In this document: piece after piece, positions 1 through 10,047 of the stretch | How positions within the stretch are numbered: the stretch's first letter is position 1 | Layout of the letters: each line of letters starts with the position of its first letter | Virus record (IMG/VR): IMGVR_UViG_3300015366_000230 | Coordinates: 1 to 50,792 of that record | Length of the DNA stretch: 50,792 nucleotides | DNA from: a virus | Taxonomy: Duplodnaviria; Caudoviricetes | Direction: 5' to 3' (one strand) | Notes under the pieces: generated by a model | What the model was told of the DNA's origin: nothing | The model's database searches: none | What the model saw: the letters and a program-made list of their open reading frames with translations, nothing else | Translations under genes and position numbers: made by a program

Positions 1-117
1 ACCGCCCCCTCCTCCGCCACCAGCGACAATGACAATGCTAGATGTGTAAGGGGATGAAGTAGAAGCTGTAAATCCAAAAGATTTAACTGATTCTGCTCTG
101 GCTGATAAAAATGGCAT
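1..117 (-). CDS. 5' part of a glycine-rich tail-fibre-type protein (probably continues at 50745-50132 across the contig gap)
   Basis: ATG at 117 just after the TAA of 119..646. Reads MPFLSARAESVKSFGFTASTSSPYTSSIVIVAGGGGGGG and is open to the contig edge. Matches the YLIAAGGGGGG start of the Gly-rich domain in 48471..49382. Confidence 0.75.
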   Translation of the reverse strand, partial: MPFLSARAESVKSFGFTASTSSPYTSSIVIVAGGGGGGG

Positions 118-118
118 A

Positions 119-646
119 TTAGGCGAACTTTGTTTGTGAAGCAAAAACTGTAAAAGTAGCACTAGCTGTTTTAAAGATAGTGAAAACATAAGCATCAATA
201 GAGCTTGTATTGCCACTAGTAGGGGCTGTTCCGCCTTGCCATTTTGGTGTTACGGAGCTTCCGTCAATTTGAAAAGCATTTAAATAATAGGCTGTTCCGC
301 CATTAGTGTTCATAAAAACAACAGATACGGACTCTCCTACTGCCATGCTATTGTTTAAAGTAACACTAGAGCTTCCACGGATATTAATTGTGGCGTTTGC
401 AGTTGCATTGCTTGTGTAATAAAGGATGGCTTGCGTCAAAACATCATAATTTACCGTTGTAGCCATAGCTGTAGCGGTAGTTGTTTGCTTTTCTTTAATA
501 GCTCCAGCAAAAGAGGATGTTTGGTCAGCATTAACCGTGAAAGCTGTTGTTGGAGTAGCGCCAGTTTGGAAAACAAGATTTCCATTTGTATCGCCAGTAG
601 CAACAAAAGCCGTTGTTGTGCTTGTTCCTGCGCTTACTATGCTCAT
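119..646 (-). CDS. tail fibre-associated structural protein
   Basis: Thr/Ser-rich beta-type protein directly downstream of the long fibre; C-terminal W-x-GG-x-AP...D-x-Y-x-F motif typical of phage fibre domains. Confidence 0.6.
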   Translation of the reverse strand: MSIVSAGTSTTTAFVATGDTNGNLVFQTGATPTTAFTVNADQTSSFAGAIKEKQTTTATAMATTVNYDVLTQAILYYTSNATANATINIRGSSSVTLNNSMAVGESVSVVFMNTNGGTAYYLNAFQIDGSSVTPKWQGGTAPTSGNTSSIDAYVFTIFKTASATFTVFASQTKFA

Positions 647-647
647 A

Positions 648-3600
648 TTAAATTACCATCCATCTTTGACCTGAAGAAACTGTTAATGAAACACCGCTTG
701 CAACAGTAATTGAACCTACAGAAAAGGCATTTGTTCCTGAAGCAATAGTGTAACTTGAATTTACGGTAGTTGAGTTAACAAAAAGACCGTTTGAAGCAAC
801 TACTTCTGGAGCAGATAAAGCGCCAGTAGAAGGATTAAAATTATATGCTGAATTGACATTAGCAGTGCCAAAAGTGCCAGAAGTGGTGCTATTAAATACC
901 GGATAGAAAGTAGCATTAGAACTGGTAGAAGTTACTGTAATTGTTGATCCTGCGCCTGAATATCCAGAATAGCCTGAAATACCCAAGCCACTATAACCTG
1001 AAATTCCTGAACCAGAATATCCAGATATACCCGAATATCCTGATGCGCCATTAGAACCTGTACCACCAGAATAGCCTGAATAACCAGAAGTCCCATTAGT
1101 TCCAGTACCGCCTGAATATCCAGAATAGCCCGATGTACCATTTGTACCTGTACCGCCAGAGTATCCGCTAAAGCCAGAATAGCCAGAAATACCAGAATAA
1201 CCAGAAATTCCAGAATAACCACTAAAGCCAGAATAACCACTTACTCCGCTTCCGCTATAACCACTTATTCCGCTAGTTCCTGAGTAGCCTGAGATACCTG
1301 AATAACCACTGTATCCACTTGTTGCTATTCCTGAGAAACCTGAGTAACCACTATAACCACTTGTTCCGCTTATTCCCGCTGTAATAGCTAAAAATAATGG
1401 ATGATTGTTTGCAAAATCAGTTGTGCCTGTGCCACCTGAAGATATAAGGCTAACTGGAACTGTCCAATAACTATTAGAAGTTCCAGCATTTATGTTTGTT
1501 GTTGCACCAGTAATTAACCATGACTGATAATTGGCACTTGCATTTTGATCTTGAATTGTAAATTTTTGTGTAGGTTGTAACAATGCTAAAAATATATCAA
1601 TATCATCGCCATTGTTTGTAAGATGATTAATATTAATTTGTGTAGCATTACTTTGTGTTGCAGTATTCCAAAGTAAATATCCACTTGCAGGTTGTCCACT
1701 TGTTTGGACTGCTTCTGCATAATATAAAAATAAACTAGATGATGAACCTTGTACACCTGAGAATCCGCTTAGTCCTGAGTAACCGCTTACACCCGACCAT
1801 CCGCTGTATCCTGAAAGTCCCGACCATCCCGATACCCCTGAGAATCCTGACCATCCGCTAGTTCCACTGTATCCCGATTCCCCACTCCAGCCACTGTAAC
1901 CCGATGTACCTGAGTAACCACTAAAGCCTGAATAGCCACTATAGCCTGATAAACCAGAATAACCACTTACACCACTTCCAGAGTAACCGCTTGTACCTGA
2001 GTATCCAGAAATGCCTGAGTAACCAGAAATTCCGCTTGCGCCTGAATAGCCTGATATTCCTGATCCAGAATAGCCAGAAATTCCTGAATCTCCGCTAAAT
2101 CCTGAGTAGCCACTTATACCACTATCGCCAGACCATCCAGAATATCCGCTAATACCAGAATCTCCGCTAAATCCAGAAATGCCTGAATCGCCTGAATAAC
2201 CGCTAAAACCAGAAATTCCAGAATCACCTGAATACCCATTTATTCCAGAATCACCGCTATAGCCGGAAATACCGCTATCGCCTGACCAACCAGAAATACC
2301 GCTATCGCCACTATAGCCAGATATGCCACTATCTCCAGAATAGCCACTTATTCCAGAGTCACCAGAAAATCCGCTAATACCACTATCTCCTGACCAACCC
2401 GAAATACCACTATCACCACTAAATCCGCTAATGCCTGAATCACCAGAAAATCCGCTATAACCAGAAATTCCTGAGTCACCAGAGAATCCAGATATACCAG
2501 AGTCACCTGACCAACCACTTATTCCTGAATCACCAGAAAAACCTGAGATACCGCTATCGCCAGAATAACCACTAATACCAGAATCACCACTATATCCAGA
2601 GATTCCTGAATAGCCTGATTCACCGCTATATCCTGATGTGCTATCTCCGCTATAACCAGAGAATCCTGAGTAACCAGAAAAGCCTACAATTTGACCAGCA
2701 TTAAACCATTCAGTACCATTCCATACCCACAAGTCACCATCAGAGATAACAATGTAGGCATCATTGACTTGATTGCCTGTAGGGGGTAAGTCAGCAGGTG
2801 TTGGTACTGATCCCAATAAATTAATGGATGTACCTTGTTGACCGCTATAACCCGAAAAACCTGAATAACCAGAAATACCAGAATAGCCTGAAGTGCTATC
2901 TCCTGAGTATCCTGAAATACCAGAATCACCAGATAAACCACTTGTTCCAGAATAACCAGAATAACCACTGATACCTGAATAACCTGATGTGCCTACACCA
3001 GAAAATTGTGTCCAAATAATAGGGGTTACATTAATAGTTCCAGCTACAGGAGCAATAACTACCCAACCTGTACTGCCATTAATAGTTCCATATTGAATAA
3101 AAGTAAAAGCACCGGGTACTTCTGACCAGATATTCATATCTAGCGATCTTGACCAAGCAGTTTCAGATACTACATAAATTCCATTTTCAGCAGGATCATC
3201 TTGGTTTTTTACACAAACTCGATCACCAACTAAAACAGTGTAATTATCAATAGTTTGTAAACCATAAAGATCAATGTTGTTACCTAAAGGAGTGGTAGCG
3301 CATTGACAAGATGCTTTAGCCACCATGCCTTGAGCTATTGCATCGGCATAGGCTTTATTTACTAAATCATTTGGGTTAACAGGCAAAGTATTAACTTGAC
3401 CTGTTACTGTAAACATATTTTGAAATACAGCGGAATACAAACCTTCTTGTAAACCTTCAATTTGAACAAAAGCTCGACCTGTTCCCGCAGTCATTAAATT
3501 GACTACAAAATCACCAATAGACCAAGCTCTAGCGACTGTTCCTTCTTGACCTCTAATAACTGTCCATACATTGCCAGTTACATTCGTAACATAAACAATC

Positions 3601-3773
3601 TCATTAATCAGATTATTTTTTGCGCTAACAATCGTAGCGGTAAAGGCTTGCCCTACTGCTGGGCTAGGAAAATTAACTGAAGTGCCACTAGCGACTGTAA
3701 TCGTTGTGGCTGTGCTGCTAACAGGCAGCGCAAGCGCAGTTTGGGCTTGATTAGAAAATAATAGTATTGTCAT
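648..3773 (-). CDS. long tail fibre with collagen-like (Gly-X-Ser)n repeats
   Basis: N-terminal baseplate-anchor domain and fibre module (GDRVCVKNQ...ENGIYVV). Two long SG[YFIDW] triplet tracts with Gly at every third residue. Located after the baseplate genes. Confidence 0.8.
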   Translation of the reverse strand: MTILLFSNQAQTALALPVSSTATTITVASGTSVNFPSPAVGQAFTATIVSAKNNLINEIVYVTNVTGNVWTVIRGQEGTVARAWSIGDFVVNLMTAGTGRAFVQIEGLQEGLYSAVFQNMFTVTGQVNTLPVNPNDLVNKAYADAIAQGMVAKASCQCATTPLGNNIDLYGLQTIDNYTVLVGDRVCVKNQDDPAENGIYVVSETAWSRSLDMNIWSEVPGAFTFIQYGTINGSTGWVVIAPVAGTINVTPIIWTQFSGVGTSGYSGISGYSGYSGTSGLSGDSGISGYSGDSTSGYSGISGYSGFSGYSGQQGTSINLLGSVPTPADLPPTGNQVNDAYIVISDGDLWVWNGTEWFNAGQIVGFSGYSGFSGYSGDSTSGYSGESGYSGISGYSGDSGISGYSGDSGISGFSGDSGISGWSGDSGISGFSGDSGISGYSGFSGDSGISGFSGDSGISGWSGDSGISGFSGDSGISGYSGDSGISGYSGDSGISGWSGDSGISGYSGDSGINGYSGDSGISGFSGYSGDSGISGFSGDSGISGYSGWSGDSGISGYSGFSGDSGISGYSGSGISGYSGASGISGYSGISGYSGTSGYSGSGVSGYSGLSGYSGYSGFSGYSGTSGYSGWSGESGYSGTSGWSGFSGVSGWSGLSGYSGWSGVSGYSGLSGFSGVQGSSSSLFLYYAEAVQTSGQPASGYLLWNTATQSNATQININHLTNNGDDIDIFLALLQPTQKFTIQDQNASANYQSWLITGATTNINAGTSNSYWTVPVSLISSGGTGTTDFANNHPLFLAITAGISGTSGYSGYSGFSGIATSGYSGYSGISGYSGTSGISGYSGSGVSGYSGFSGYSGISGYSGISGYSGFSGYSGGTGTNGTSGYSGYSGGTGTNGTSGYSGYSGGTGSNGASGYSGISGYSGSGISGYSGLGISGYSGYSGAGSTITVTSTSSNATFYPVFNSTTSGTFGTANVNSAYNFNPSTGALSAPEVVASNGLFVNSTTVNSSYTIASGTNAFSVGSITVASGVSLTVSSGQRWMVI
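1755..2990 (-). repeat. coding tandem 9-nt degenerate repeats (SGI/SGY/SGF/SGD/SGW); second tract at ~955-1380
   Basis: visible in the translation; DNA codons are diversified while the triplet protein pattern is kept. Confidence 0.9.
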
Positions 3774-3791
3774 AGCAAACCCTTAATGCTA

Positions 3792-4058
3792 TTAAAGAAC
3801 AGTGTAAGTGTCGTTAGCAACACCAGTAAATTTAATTGATTTAACTGGGAAAGCTAAAACATAATAAATTTGACCTGTCATAGAGCCAGTTGGAGTAACT
3901 GTATAATAGTTAGTTCCGTCAAAAGAAATAGCAATCGCCTTAGTAGAGTCGGCACTATTTAATGCAATAGAAGCTGGAATTTGAGTACCAACAACATTTA
4001 CTGTTGCAGTAGTTCCTGTCAAAGTTCCAGTAATTGGACTTCCATAATTTGTTGTCAT
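3792..4058 (-). CDS. small virion structural protein
   Basis: 88 aa beta-rich ORF between two fibre genes, with an AAGGA RBS. Confidence 0.55.
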   Translation of the reverse strand: MTTNYGSPITGTLTGTTATVNVVGTQIPASIALNSADSTKAIAISFDGTNYYTVTPTGSMTGQIYYVLAFPVKSIKFTGVANDTYTVL

Positions 4059-4068
4059 AATTTTTCCT

Positions 4069-5448
4069 TTAAGCTGTATATATTCCTGAAGTAGTAAATG
4101 TATGGATAGTAAATGTACCTGAAGTTGTTACTGTGCCTCCAGTACCACGCTGTGCGCCTGTATACCAAATAATTACAACACCTGAACCACCAACTCCAGT
4201 ATTTCTACCGCCTGAACCGCCACCAGTATTGGCTGTTCCATTTGTGCCGTTTCCGTATCCTGAATTTCCATCACTACCATTACCGCCACCACCAATACCG
4301 CCACCGCCTCCGCCATATCCTGCCGAAGCATCACTACCGCAACCGCCTCCGCCTCCGCCATAATAAGGAGTAGTTAAACCAATAGTGATCTGTACGCCTG
4401 CACCTCCACCGCCACCTGAACCTTGTGGAGTTGAACTACCATTATTTCCACCATTACCACCATTGGCAGTTGCTCCGCCACCACCGCCTAATGCAGTTGG
4501 CGAACCTGTGCTTGAGCCTCCGTTAAAGCCTTGACCACTTGTACCTGAACCACCAGAGCCGCCACCGCCTCCGCTACCGCCTGATCCACCAGAGCTACCA
4601 TTTCCAGCGCCAAAACCACCGCCTAAAGCAGTTGCTAATGTAGGTAAAACTGAATTAGAGCCTGTGCTGTAAGAGCCGCCAGCCCCAACAATAATGTTGT
4701 AAGTAGTTGAAGGAACAAAAACAGCAGAAGCATTAAAAACTACACCGCCAGCACCACCGCCACCAGTACCACCATTAGCTCCACCACCGCCACCAACCAC
4801 TAAATAACTTGCTGAATAAGCAGATGGGGCAGATGGATTTTGCAAAATAAAAAATCCATTTGATGCGCTATAAAGCAAAAGTAATGGATAACCAAAACCA
4901 GCGATATTTCCCGCTTCTAAAGCAACTCCATTTCCTTTAACAATAGGAGCTGGCGGTAAAATGGTTGACCCCATAGTAAGCTGCAAAGTTGCCGCGCCGG
5001 TATTGAGATTAGTAGATTTCAATACAAATAAAAAGCCGTCTGGAATAACTGTTAAATTTGATGTAATTTGACTTGTTAAAGCATTCGCTGTACCGCCAGC
5101 AACTCCAAAAGTATAAGTGCCAAGCTGTAATTGGTCTATTTGGATATTGTTTTCCATTGTTCCTTTAGTAGGATACATACCAAAACTATTGCCAGTCAGC
5201 CAAGTTTGAGCCGTTGTATTTTCTTGCGCTCTAACCACGGTGACGGTATCGCCTGATCTAGCTGTTACTAAAACAATTTCATAGCTAGTGCTAGAGCTGT
5301 TATAGATAGTGGCTAAAAATACTTGTCCAGAAGTTGGAGTTGGAAATAGCGAACCAGTACCCGCTTGAAGATAGATAGTGGTATCAGCGCTAGTAATCGG
5401 GCTTGCCAATGCGGATAAAGCATTATTAGCGAATTGCAAAATAGTCAT
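4069..5448 (-). CDS. second tail fibre with a C-terminal glycine-rich domain
   Basis: N-terminus paralogous to 648..3773; C-terminal GGGGG-rich domain ending IHTFTTSG. Confidence 0.75.
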   Translation of the reverse strand: MTILQFANNALSALASPITSADTTIYLQAGTGSLFPTPTSGQVFLATIYNSSSTSYEIVLVTARSGDTVTVVRAQENTTAQTWLTGNSFGMYPTKGTMENNIQIDQLQLGTYTFGVAGGTANALTSQITSNLTVIPDGFLFVLKSTNLNTGAATLQLTMGSTILPPAPIVKGNGVALEAGNIAGFGYPLLLLYSASNGFFILQNPSAPSAYSASYLVVGGGGGANGGTGGGGAGGVVFNASAVFVPSTTYNIIVGAGGSYSTGSNSVLPTLATALGGGFGAGNGSSGGSGGSGGGGGSGGSGTSGQGFNGGSSTGSPTALGGGGGATANGGNGGNNGSSTPQGSGGGGGAGVQITIGLTTPYYGGGGGGCGSDASAGYGGGGGGIGGGGNGSDGNSGYGNGTNGTANTGGGSGGRNTGVGGSGVVIIWYTGAQRGTGGTVTTSGTFTIHTFTTSGIYTA

Positions 5449-5457
5449 AGCAAAACC

Positions 5458-6075
5458 TTAATAAGTAACATTGAAAGTATACTGGAAAGGGAGCTGTAAA
5501 GCACCTGAATTTATTGCCGCTTGCAAAATTGGCGCAAAAGTCACTAATGAGCTTGATGGGTTTATAGCTATATCCACTACGTTGTTGGAGGCAAAACTGA
5601 CGCCAATATCATAAGTATTTGGGATTGGAAGAGGAACCCCATTTTGTTGCGCCAAAAATCTATACACTCTGTTTTTTAACCAAACAGTATTAAATTGGAA
5701 TCCATCGCCTTTATAGAAATTCCAAGTAATTACTCGTTTAAAAATATCGTCCGTCGTTTCGTAAAAACCTGCTGGAGAAATAATAATGTTTTCGTTATAA
5801 ACGGTTGTATCGTAAACAGCTTCGTCATACACACCCGAAGATATAGTTCCAGAATAAGGTAAAACAGGTCTAAGAATACCGTATATACTGAGTGCCGTCC
5901 AATCTAATAAAGGAGCAATTTGAGTTGTATATACAGGTAAATTTAAATCATTTGTGTTATCTAAATAAGTTTGTGAGATATTGTTATATGCTGTAAAAAA
6001 CGCTTGTAAATCGTCAACATATACATCTTGCGTATATTGCTGATAAAGATAGGCTGGAAGAACCTTAGTCTGCAT
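5458..6075 (-). CDS. baseplate wedge protein (DUF2612/gp48-like)
   Basis: located between baseplate J and the fibres; LLDW...YGI-R motif. Confidence 0.6.
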   Translation of the reverse strand: MQTKVLPAYLYQQYTQDVYVDDLQAFFTAYNNISQTYLDNTNDLNLPVYTTQIAPLLDWTALSIYGILRPVLPYSGTISSGVYDEAVYDTTVYNENIIISPAGFYETTDDIFKRVITWNFYKGDGFQFNTVWLKNRVYRFLAQQNGVPLPIPNTYDIGVSFASNNVVDIAINPSSSLVTFAPILQAAINSGALQLPFQYTFNVTY

Positions 6076-6076
6076 A

Positions 6077-7708
6077 TTAGCCTTGAGTAATTGTGACTAA
6101 TTCAGTTGCAGTTTCAAAGTAACTTTCAGGGTCGCCATATATTAACCCTGTACCTGAAGAAGGGTTTACTACGTTTCCGTTAATAGTTACTGTAAATACC
6201 ATGCGAGAAAGTAGGGGTGCTGGCACTAAGTTAACAATAGCATTTTGAAATACATTTTGTAATTCAAATACATTGATTGGTTGCCCTACATAAATACTAT
6301 TAATGTAGTTAACAATTGCTGGATTACCTAGTTGAGCAACTGCTGAAGGAGATACATAGTTTAGTGATGTTGTATTCCAGACTAATCCAACCGTCACTGT
6401 TTGTACTGGGGGGATTACAAAAGTAATGTTGTAACTATCCGGATAGTCGTTAATAGAAACTATTTCGTTTCTCAAATTTGGAGTAACTATACCGCCGCTT
6501 ATATAAGTACCGGCGCTTGCAGAATCAAATCCGGTATACCCCAAAGTTCCAACTGTCCCGGGATTACTAGCCAAAGGATAAGTAAATGTTGTGGAATTTA
6601 CTTGAGTAAACGTATACGTACCGTTATAACCTGTAGGTGTGCATCCTGCAATAGAACCGCTAGTTGTACCTGAAGGTAATCCGTGTGGGTAAGCAGTAAC
6701 TACAGTTACGGTGCCTCCACCTGTGCTTGCCCATGTAATAGATGAAATTGCTACCGCAAGCGTAAATGTTTCTTGACCAGTAACTACCGCCACAAAAGGC
6801 ACGTTGTTAATACCTGACATTCCTGTGACGCCAGTGATATTAATGGTTTGACCAGTGGTATAGCCGTGAGTCAAATTAGTTGTTACGGCGGCTGAATATG
6901 CGTTTGTAATAGCTGTAATGCCTAGTGTTGATCCAGTTAACGTGGATATATCAAACACACTTTTAAAAATAGCGTTAGCAACAGAGTATGGGTCGCCACC
7001 GCCTACAATTATTTCCCATTGGGCAGTGCCTACTTCACGCACTGCAATAAGACGGGCTTGGACTCCAGACACTTTTTGTAACTGAGTTTTTAAAAAAGTC
7101 GGCATTCCTTGAGCTGAAGCCAATCCCGCTTGAACTACTTGTGCTCTATAGTCTTGAATTGGTTGAACCGATGCTCCGGGTAAACCCGCAGTTAAGTTTG
7201 TACACGTTAAAGTTACCCCTGAAGGGATAGAGGTAATAATCTGAGTGACAGTTCCAATTGGAACTGCCCATGAGCCAGCAGATGTAGCTAAGCAGTAAAG
7301 CGATACGCTTTGACCATTTGTCTGAATAATTCCGCCGTCTTGAACAGTGTATTGGTAACTACCATCGGACACGGTAAAACCAACTGGAATAATAAAACCC
7401 GGGCTGCCCGTAAAAGTTACATAAACCGAAGTGTTTGATCCAATCCCTTGTTGAACGCCATAGACTTGCCCTAATTGATAAAGAATTGAAGGGTTAGCTG
7501 TGGCGGGGCTAATTGAATTTACAAGATCTACAAAGGCTTGATCTTGAACTACTACGGCGCCCGCAGCGGTGGAAGCCATATCTTCAACTAAAGAACCGGG
7601 TAAATTGGCTGTTAAACCAGGCGCAAGAGCAGTCGCCGCCGCAATTTCAGCGTTTAAAAGATCTGTTGGAAGAGCTGGCACTGCGCCAGCGGTAGTAATT
7701 TGTGCCAT
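6077..7708 (-). CDS. baseplate J-like wedge protein with inserted FCCH-like beta domains
   Basis: J-type architecture (L..LG..YGV, VTFTG..G..IP.G, IIV.GGD...VA.AI) plus ITAITNA...HG...G...I.GV.GM inserts. Confidence 0.8.
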   Translation of the reverse strand: MAQITTAGAVPALPTDLLNAEIAAATALAPGLTANLPGSLVEDMASTAAGAVVVQDQAFVDLVNSISPATANPSILYQLGQVYGVQQGIGSNTSVYVTFTGSPGFIIPVGFTVSDGSYQYTVQDGGIIQTNGQSVSLYCLATSAGSWAVPIGTVTQIITSIPSGVTLTCTNLTAGLPGASVQPIQDYRAQVVQAGLASAQGMPTFLKTQLQKVSGVQARLIAVREVGTAQWEIIVGGGDPYSVANAIFKSVFDISTLTGSTLGITAITNAYSAAVTTNLTHGYTTGQTINITGVTGMSGINNVPFVAVVTGQETFTLAVAISSITWASTGGGTVTVVTAYPHGLPSGTTSGSIAGCTPTGYNGTYTFTQVNSTTFTYPLASNPGTVGTLGYTGFDSASAGTYISGGIVTPNLRNEIVSINDYPDSYNITFVIPPVQTVTVGLVWNTTSLNYVSPSAVAQLGNPAIVNYINSIYVGQPINVFELQNVFQNAIVNLVPAPLLSRMVFTVTINGNVVNPSSGTGLIYGDPESYFETATELVTITQG

Positions 7709-8031
7709 TAGCTTGCCACCGTAGATTGAATAACTGTTCCGTTTTGAAATACTGCTGCTATATTGTATGTCGGATTGACTGCGTTTTGTTGTATCACAAC
7801 CGTTAAACTAGCAAAATGCGGTGCGTATTGTCCTTGAGTTCTATTTACTGCAATGTCGGGCGGAATTTGCGTCATAACCGAGTTTTGAGCTGGTATCCCA
7901 TAGTTTGCATAAAAAGGACTTTCCCCTTGATTTAATCGTAAAGTCTGAGCTAACGTAGCCAGCCATATATAACTGGTTTCGGTTACTTCTACCCATCGCT
8001 TTGTTGCTGGATCTACGCCATAAGTTCTCAT
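7708..8031 (-). CDS. baseplate wedge/sheath initiator (gp25/gp46-like)
   Basis: L.L..GE.PF...YGIP motif; located between spike and J. Confidence 0.65.
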   Translation of the reverse strand: MRTYGVDPATKRWVEVTETSYIWLATLAQTLRLNQGESPFYANYGIPAQNSVMTQIPPDIAVNRTQGQYAPHFASLTVVIQQNAVNPTYNIAAVFQNGTVIQSTVAS

Positions 8032-8780
8032 ACTGGTTTTCCTGAATTATCACTACCTGCTCTAACTCCACTATGAACGTGGTTTTCAAGACTAATACTT
8101 CCAGCGGTAATATCGCCACCTGAAGCAATACCGCCCGTATTTGTAAGACTACCTGTTTGGTTAATGTTACCTGTTACATTCATCGTAGCTCCAGTGCCGC
8201 CGGTAATGTTAAATCCAGCGTCGCCCGTAATTAATCCATGTATAGTCAAATTTCCTATAATGGTAACGCCTGTTGCGTCTATAGTCATTTTGGTATTACC
8301 AATGGTGACTACGGTGCCTGTTGGAGTTAGTGTAATAACGCATTTATTACTGCTATCGCGAATTACAGCGCCATTTGGAGCATTAATATTAACGGCGTTA
8401 GGGTCAACTGACTCCCAATCTTTATTACCTAAAGGTACAAAAATAAGCCCACCAAGGTTAAAAGGCGTTGTTAATGGAGCTAACCCTTGTCCAAGCCCGT
8501 TGATCCCGCCCAAGCGTGTATCGGCTGCTATGCAGACCCCATAATCGCCTACTTGTACGGGAAGTCGTACGTAGTTACTTTCGGCAATAGCGCAAGTAAC
8601 TGGAGGAAACGTAAAATCGCCGCCAGTGTCGATTTCAAAATTAACTGTGACAATTGCACCGTTTACGGCGGTTACGCGCGCAGGTAATTGCAAACCAAAA
8701 TTTTCTTGATTTGAATTTAATCGATTTTGAATATATTCAGTAATCGTTACCGCAAAGGGGGTTTTTTGAGATAAATCCAT
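8028..8780 (-). CDS. baseplate central spike
   Basis: N-terminal OB-fold-like region, beta-helix repeats, C-terminal HxH iron motif (LENHVHSGV). Confidence 0.85.
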   Translation of the reverse strand: MDLSQKTPFAVTITEYIQNRLNSNQENFGLQLPARVTAVNGAIVTVNFEIDTGGDFTFPPVTCAIAESNYVRLPVQVGDYGVCIAADTRLGGINGLGQGLAPLTTPFNLGGLIFVPLGNKDWESVDPNAVNINAPNGAVIRDSSNKCVITLTPTGTVVTIGNTKMTIDATGVTIIGNLTIHGLITGDAGFNITGGTGATMNVTGNINQTGSLTNTGGIASGGDITAGSISLENHVHSGVRAGSDNSGKPV

Positions 8781-8782
8781 AA

Positions 8783-9778
8783 TTAAAAAGCTACCCCGGG
8801 CATAACTGCATCAATAACGGTTACCCAACTATCTCCGTTTGGCTGTCTACTGCTGCCAATATGATGCAGTTTATTAATCATAAAAGAACCGTTAAATGCC
8901 AAATTATTTCTAAATTGAGAGTTATTATTAATTACGTTATTCACTGGGATGTGATTCTGAAACGTAATATAATCCCCAACATTTAAATCAGCTCTCATAG
9001 TGACTCGAGCTTGAATAGTGGCGATGTCAATCCAAGTAAGGTTTCCGATAACATCGGTAAAAGCTATTTGTTTTGTGCCTGTAGGTGCTATTGTGGAATC
9101 GCTCAATAAAAACCCTTGGCTAGTAGCGGTAATACTTGCACCAGCGTATGTTGGACTTGGATTAATCCAACGGCTAATTTCTTGTACTTTTTTAGCAAAA
9201 GCAATGAAGCTAGTAAACTGCCCTTTTGCATCTTCGGTATATACTAAATTTGAGCTAAAGCTACCTGAAATATTGGTGTTAGCTCCGTACGCGTTTTTTA
9301 ACGCTTGTGTAACGGCTTCCGTTAAAGTTTGACCTTTATCCCATGCCATAGTGATATTGGCAACTGCGTTTGGATTTACTTGCGCGGGGATAAGTACAAT
9401 GTCTAATCCTACTTCGGTACCTTGCCACGTAGAAAAAGATTGCAGTATGGAGCCATTTACAATTACTCCGGCTTGGTTTGGATTAGCAAAGGGTAAACCC
9501 TTAGACATTCCAACACCAATTTGAATTTTGGCATAGTCATAACCCAAACCGCTTGCTTGTTTGACAGGGTTAAACCCTGCTTTTTGTCCTAAATCTTTTA
9601 AATCTACACCCCAAAGTTTTATGTGGCTATTTCCAGCGGGTTGATGATACCAAGTTTGAAACACGTCTAAATCAAGCCGTAGGCATGAGTAATTATCAAC
9701 GCCAAGAACTGATTGTGAATTAAAAGTTATTGGTGAAGAAGATTTTACGGGTGTGATCTGGACAGAGTATGACCTCAT
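8783..9778 (-). CDS. baseplate hub protein
   Basis: size and position upstream of the spike; C-terminal G.F.I....H.G.SR....W.T. Confidence 0.7.
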   Translation of the reverse strand: MRSYSVQITPVKSSSPITFNSQSVLGVDNYSCLRLDLDVFQTWYHQPAGNSHIKLWGVDLKDLGQKAGFNPVKQASGLGYDYAKIQIGVGMSKGLPFANPNQAGVIVNGSILQSFSTWQGTEVGLDIVLIPAQVNPNAVANITMAWDKGQTLTEAVTQALKNAYGANTNISGSFSSNLVYTEDAKGQFTSFIAFAKKVQEISRWINPSPTYAGASITATSQGFLLSDSTIAPTGTKQIAFTDVIGNLTWIDIATIQARVTMRADLNVGDYITFQNHIPVNNVINNNSQFRNNLAFNGSFMINKLHHIGSSRQPNGDSWVTVIDAVMPGVAF

Positions 9779-10047
9779 GGGGTAATCTCGAAATTCCCGC
9801 TACTTGCTCTATAAACAAGCTTTGAAGTTTGAAAATATCCGTATACCAAATCAATATCGAAATGATCGGGCGATGAAATAATTGGGTTAGTCACAATTAA
9901 ATTACCCGAGTTATCGTAAATACTTATGTAATACCTTGGTGCATATATGTTCCAAGTACAGATTGCTACATAAGTAATCCCGTCTAAAGTTGGATTAAAC
10001 TGAAAATTAGCATATTGTGACGGATTAAAATTAACAATAGTGGTCAT
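9775..10047 (-). CDS. small baseplate protein
   Basis: F...LDG..Y.....WN....RYY motif; synteny. Confidence 0.6.
   Translation of the reverse strand: MTTIVNFNPSQYANFQFNPTLDGITYVAICTWNIYAPRYYISIYDNSGNLIVTNPIISSPDHFDIDLVYGYFQTSKLVYRASSGNFEITP

Noticed and set aside
4133-4363. Pro-rich plus-strand ORFs (also 48853..49074 and similar shadow ORFs)
   Set aside because: Antisense shadows of Gly codon runs
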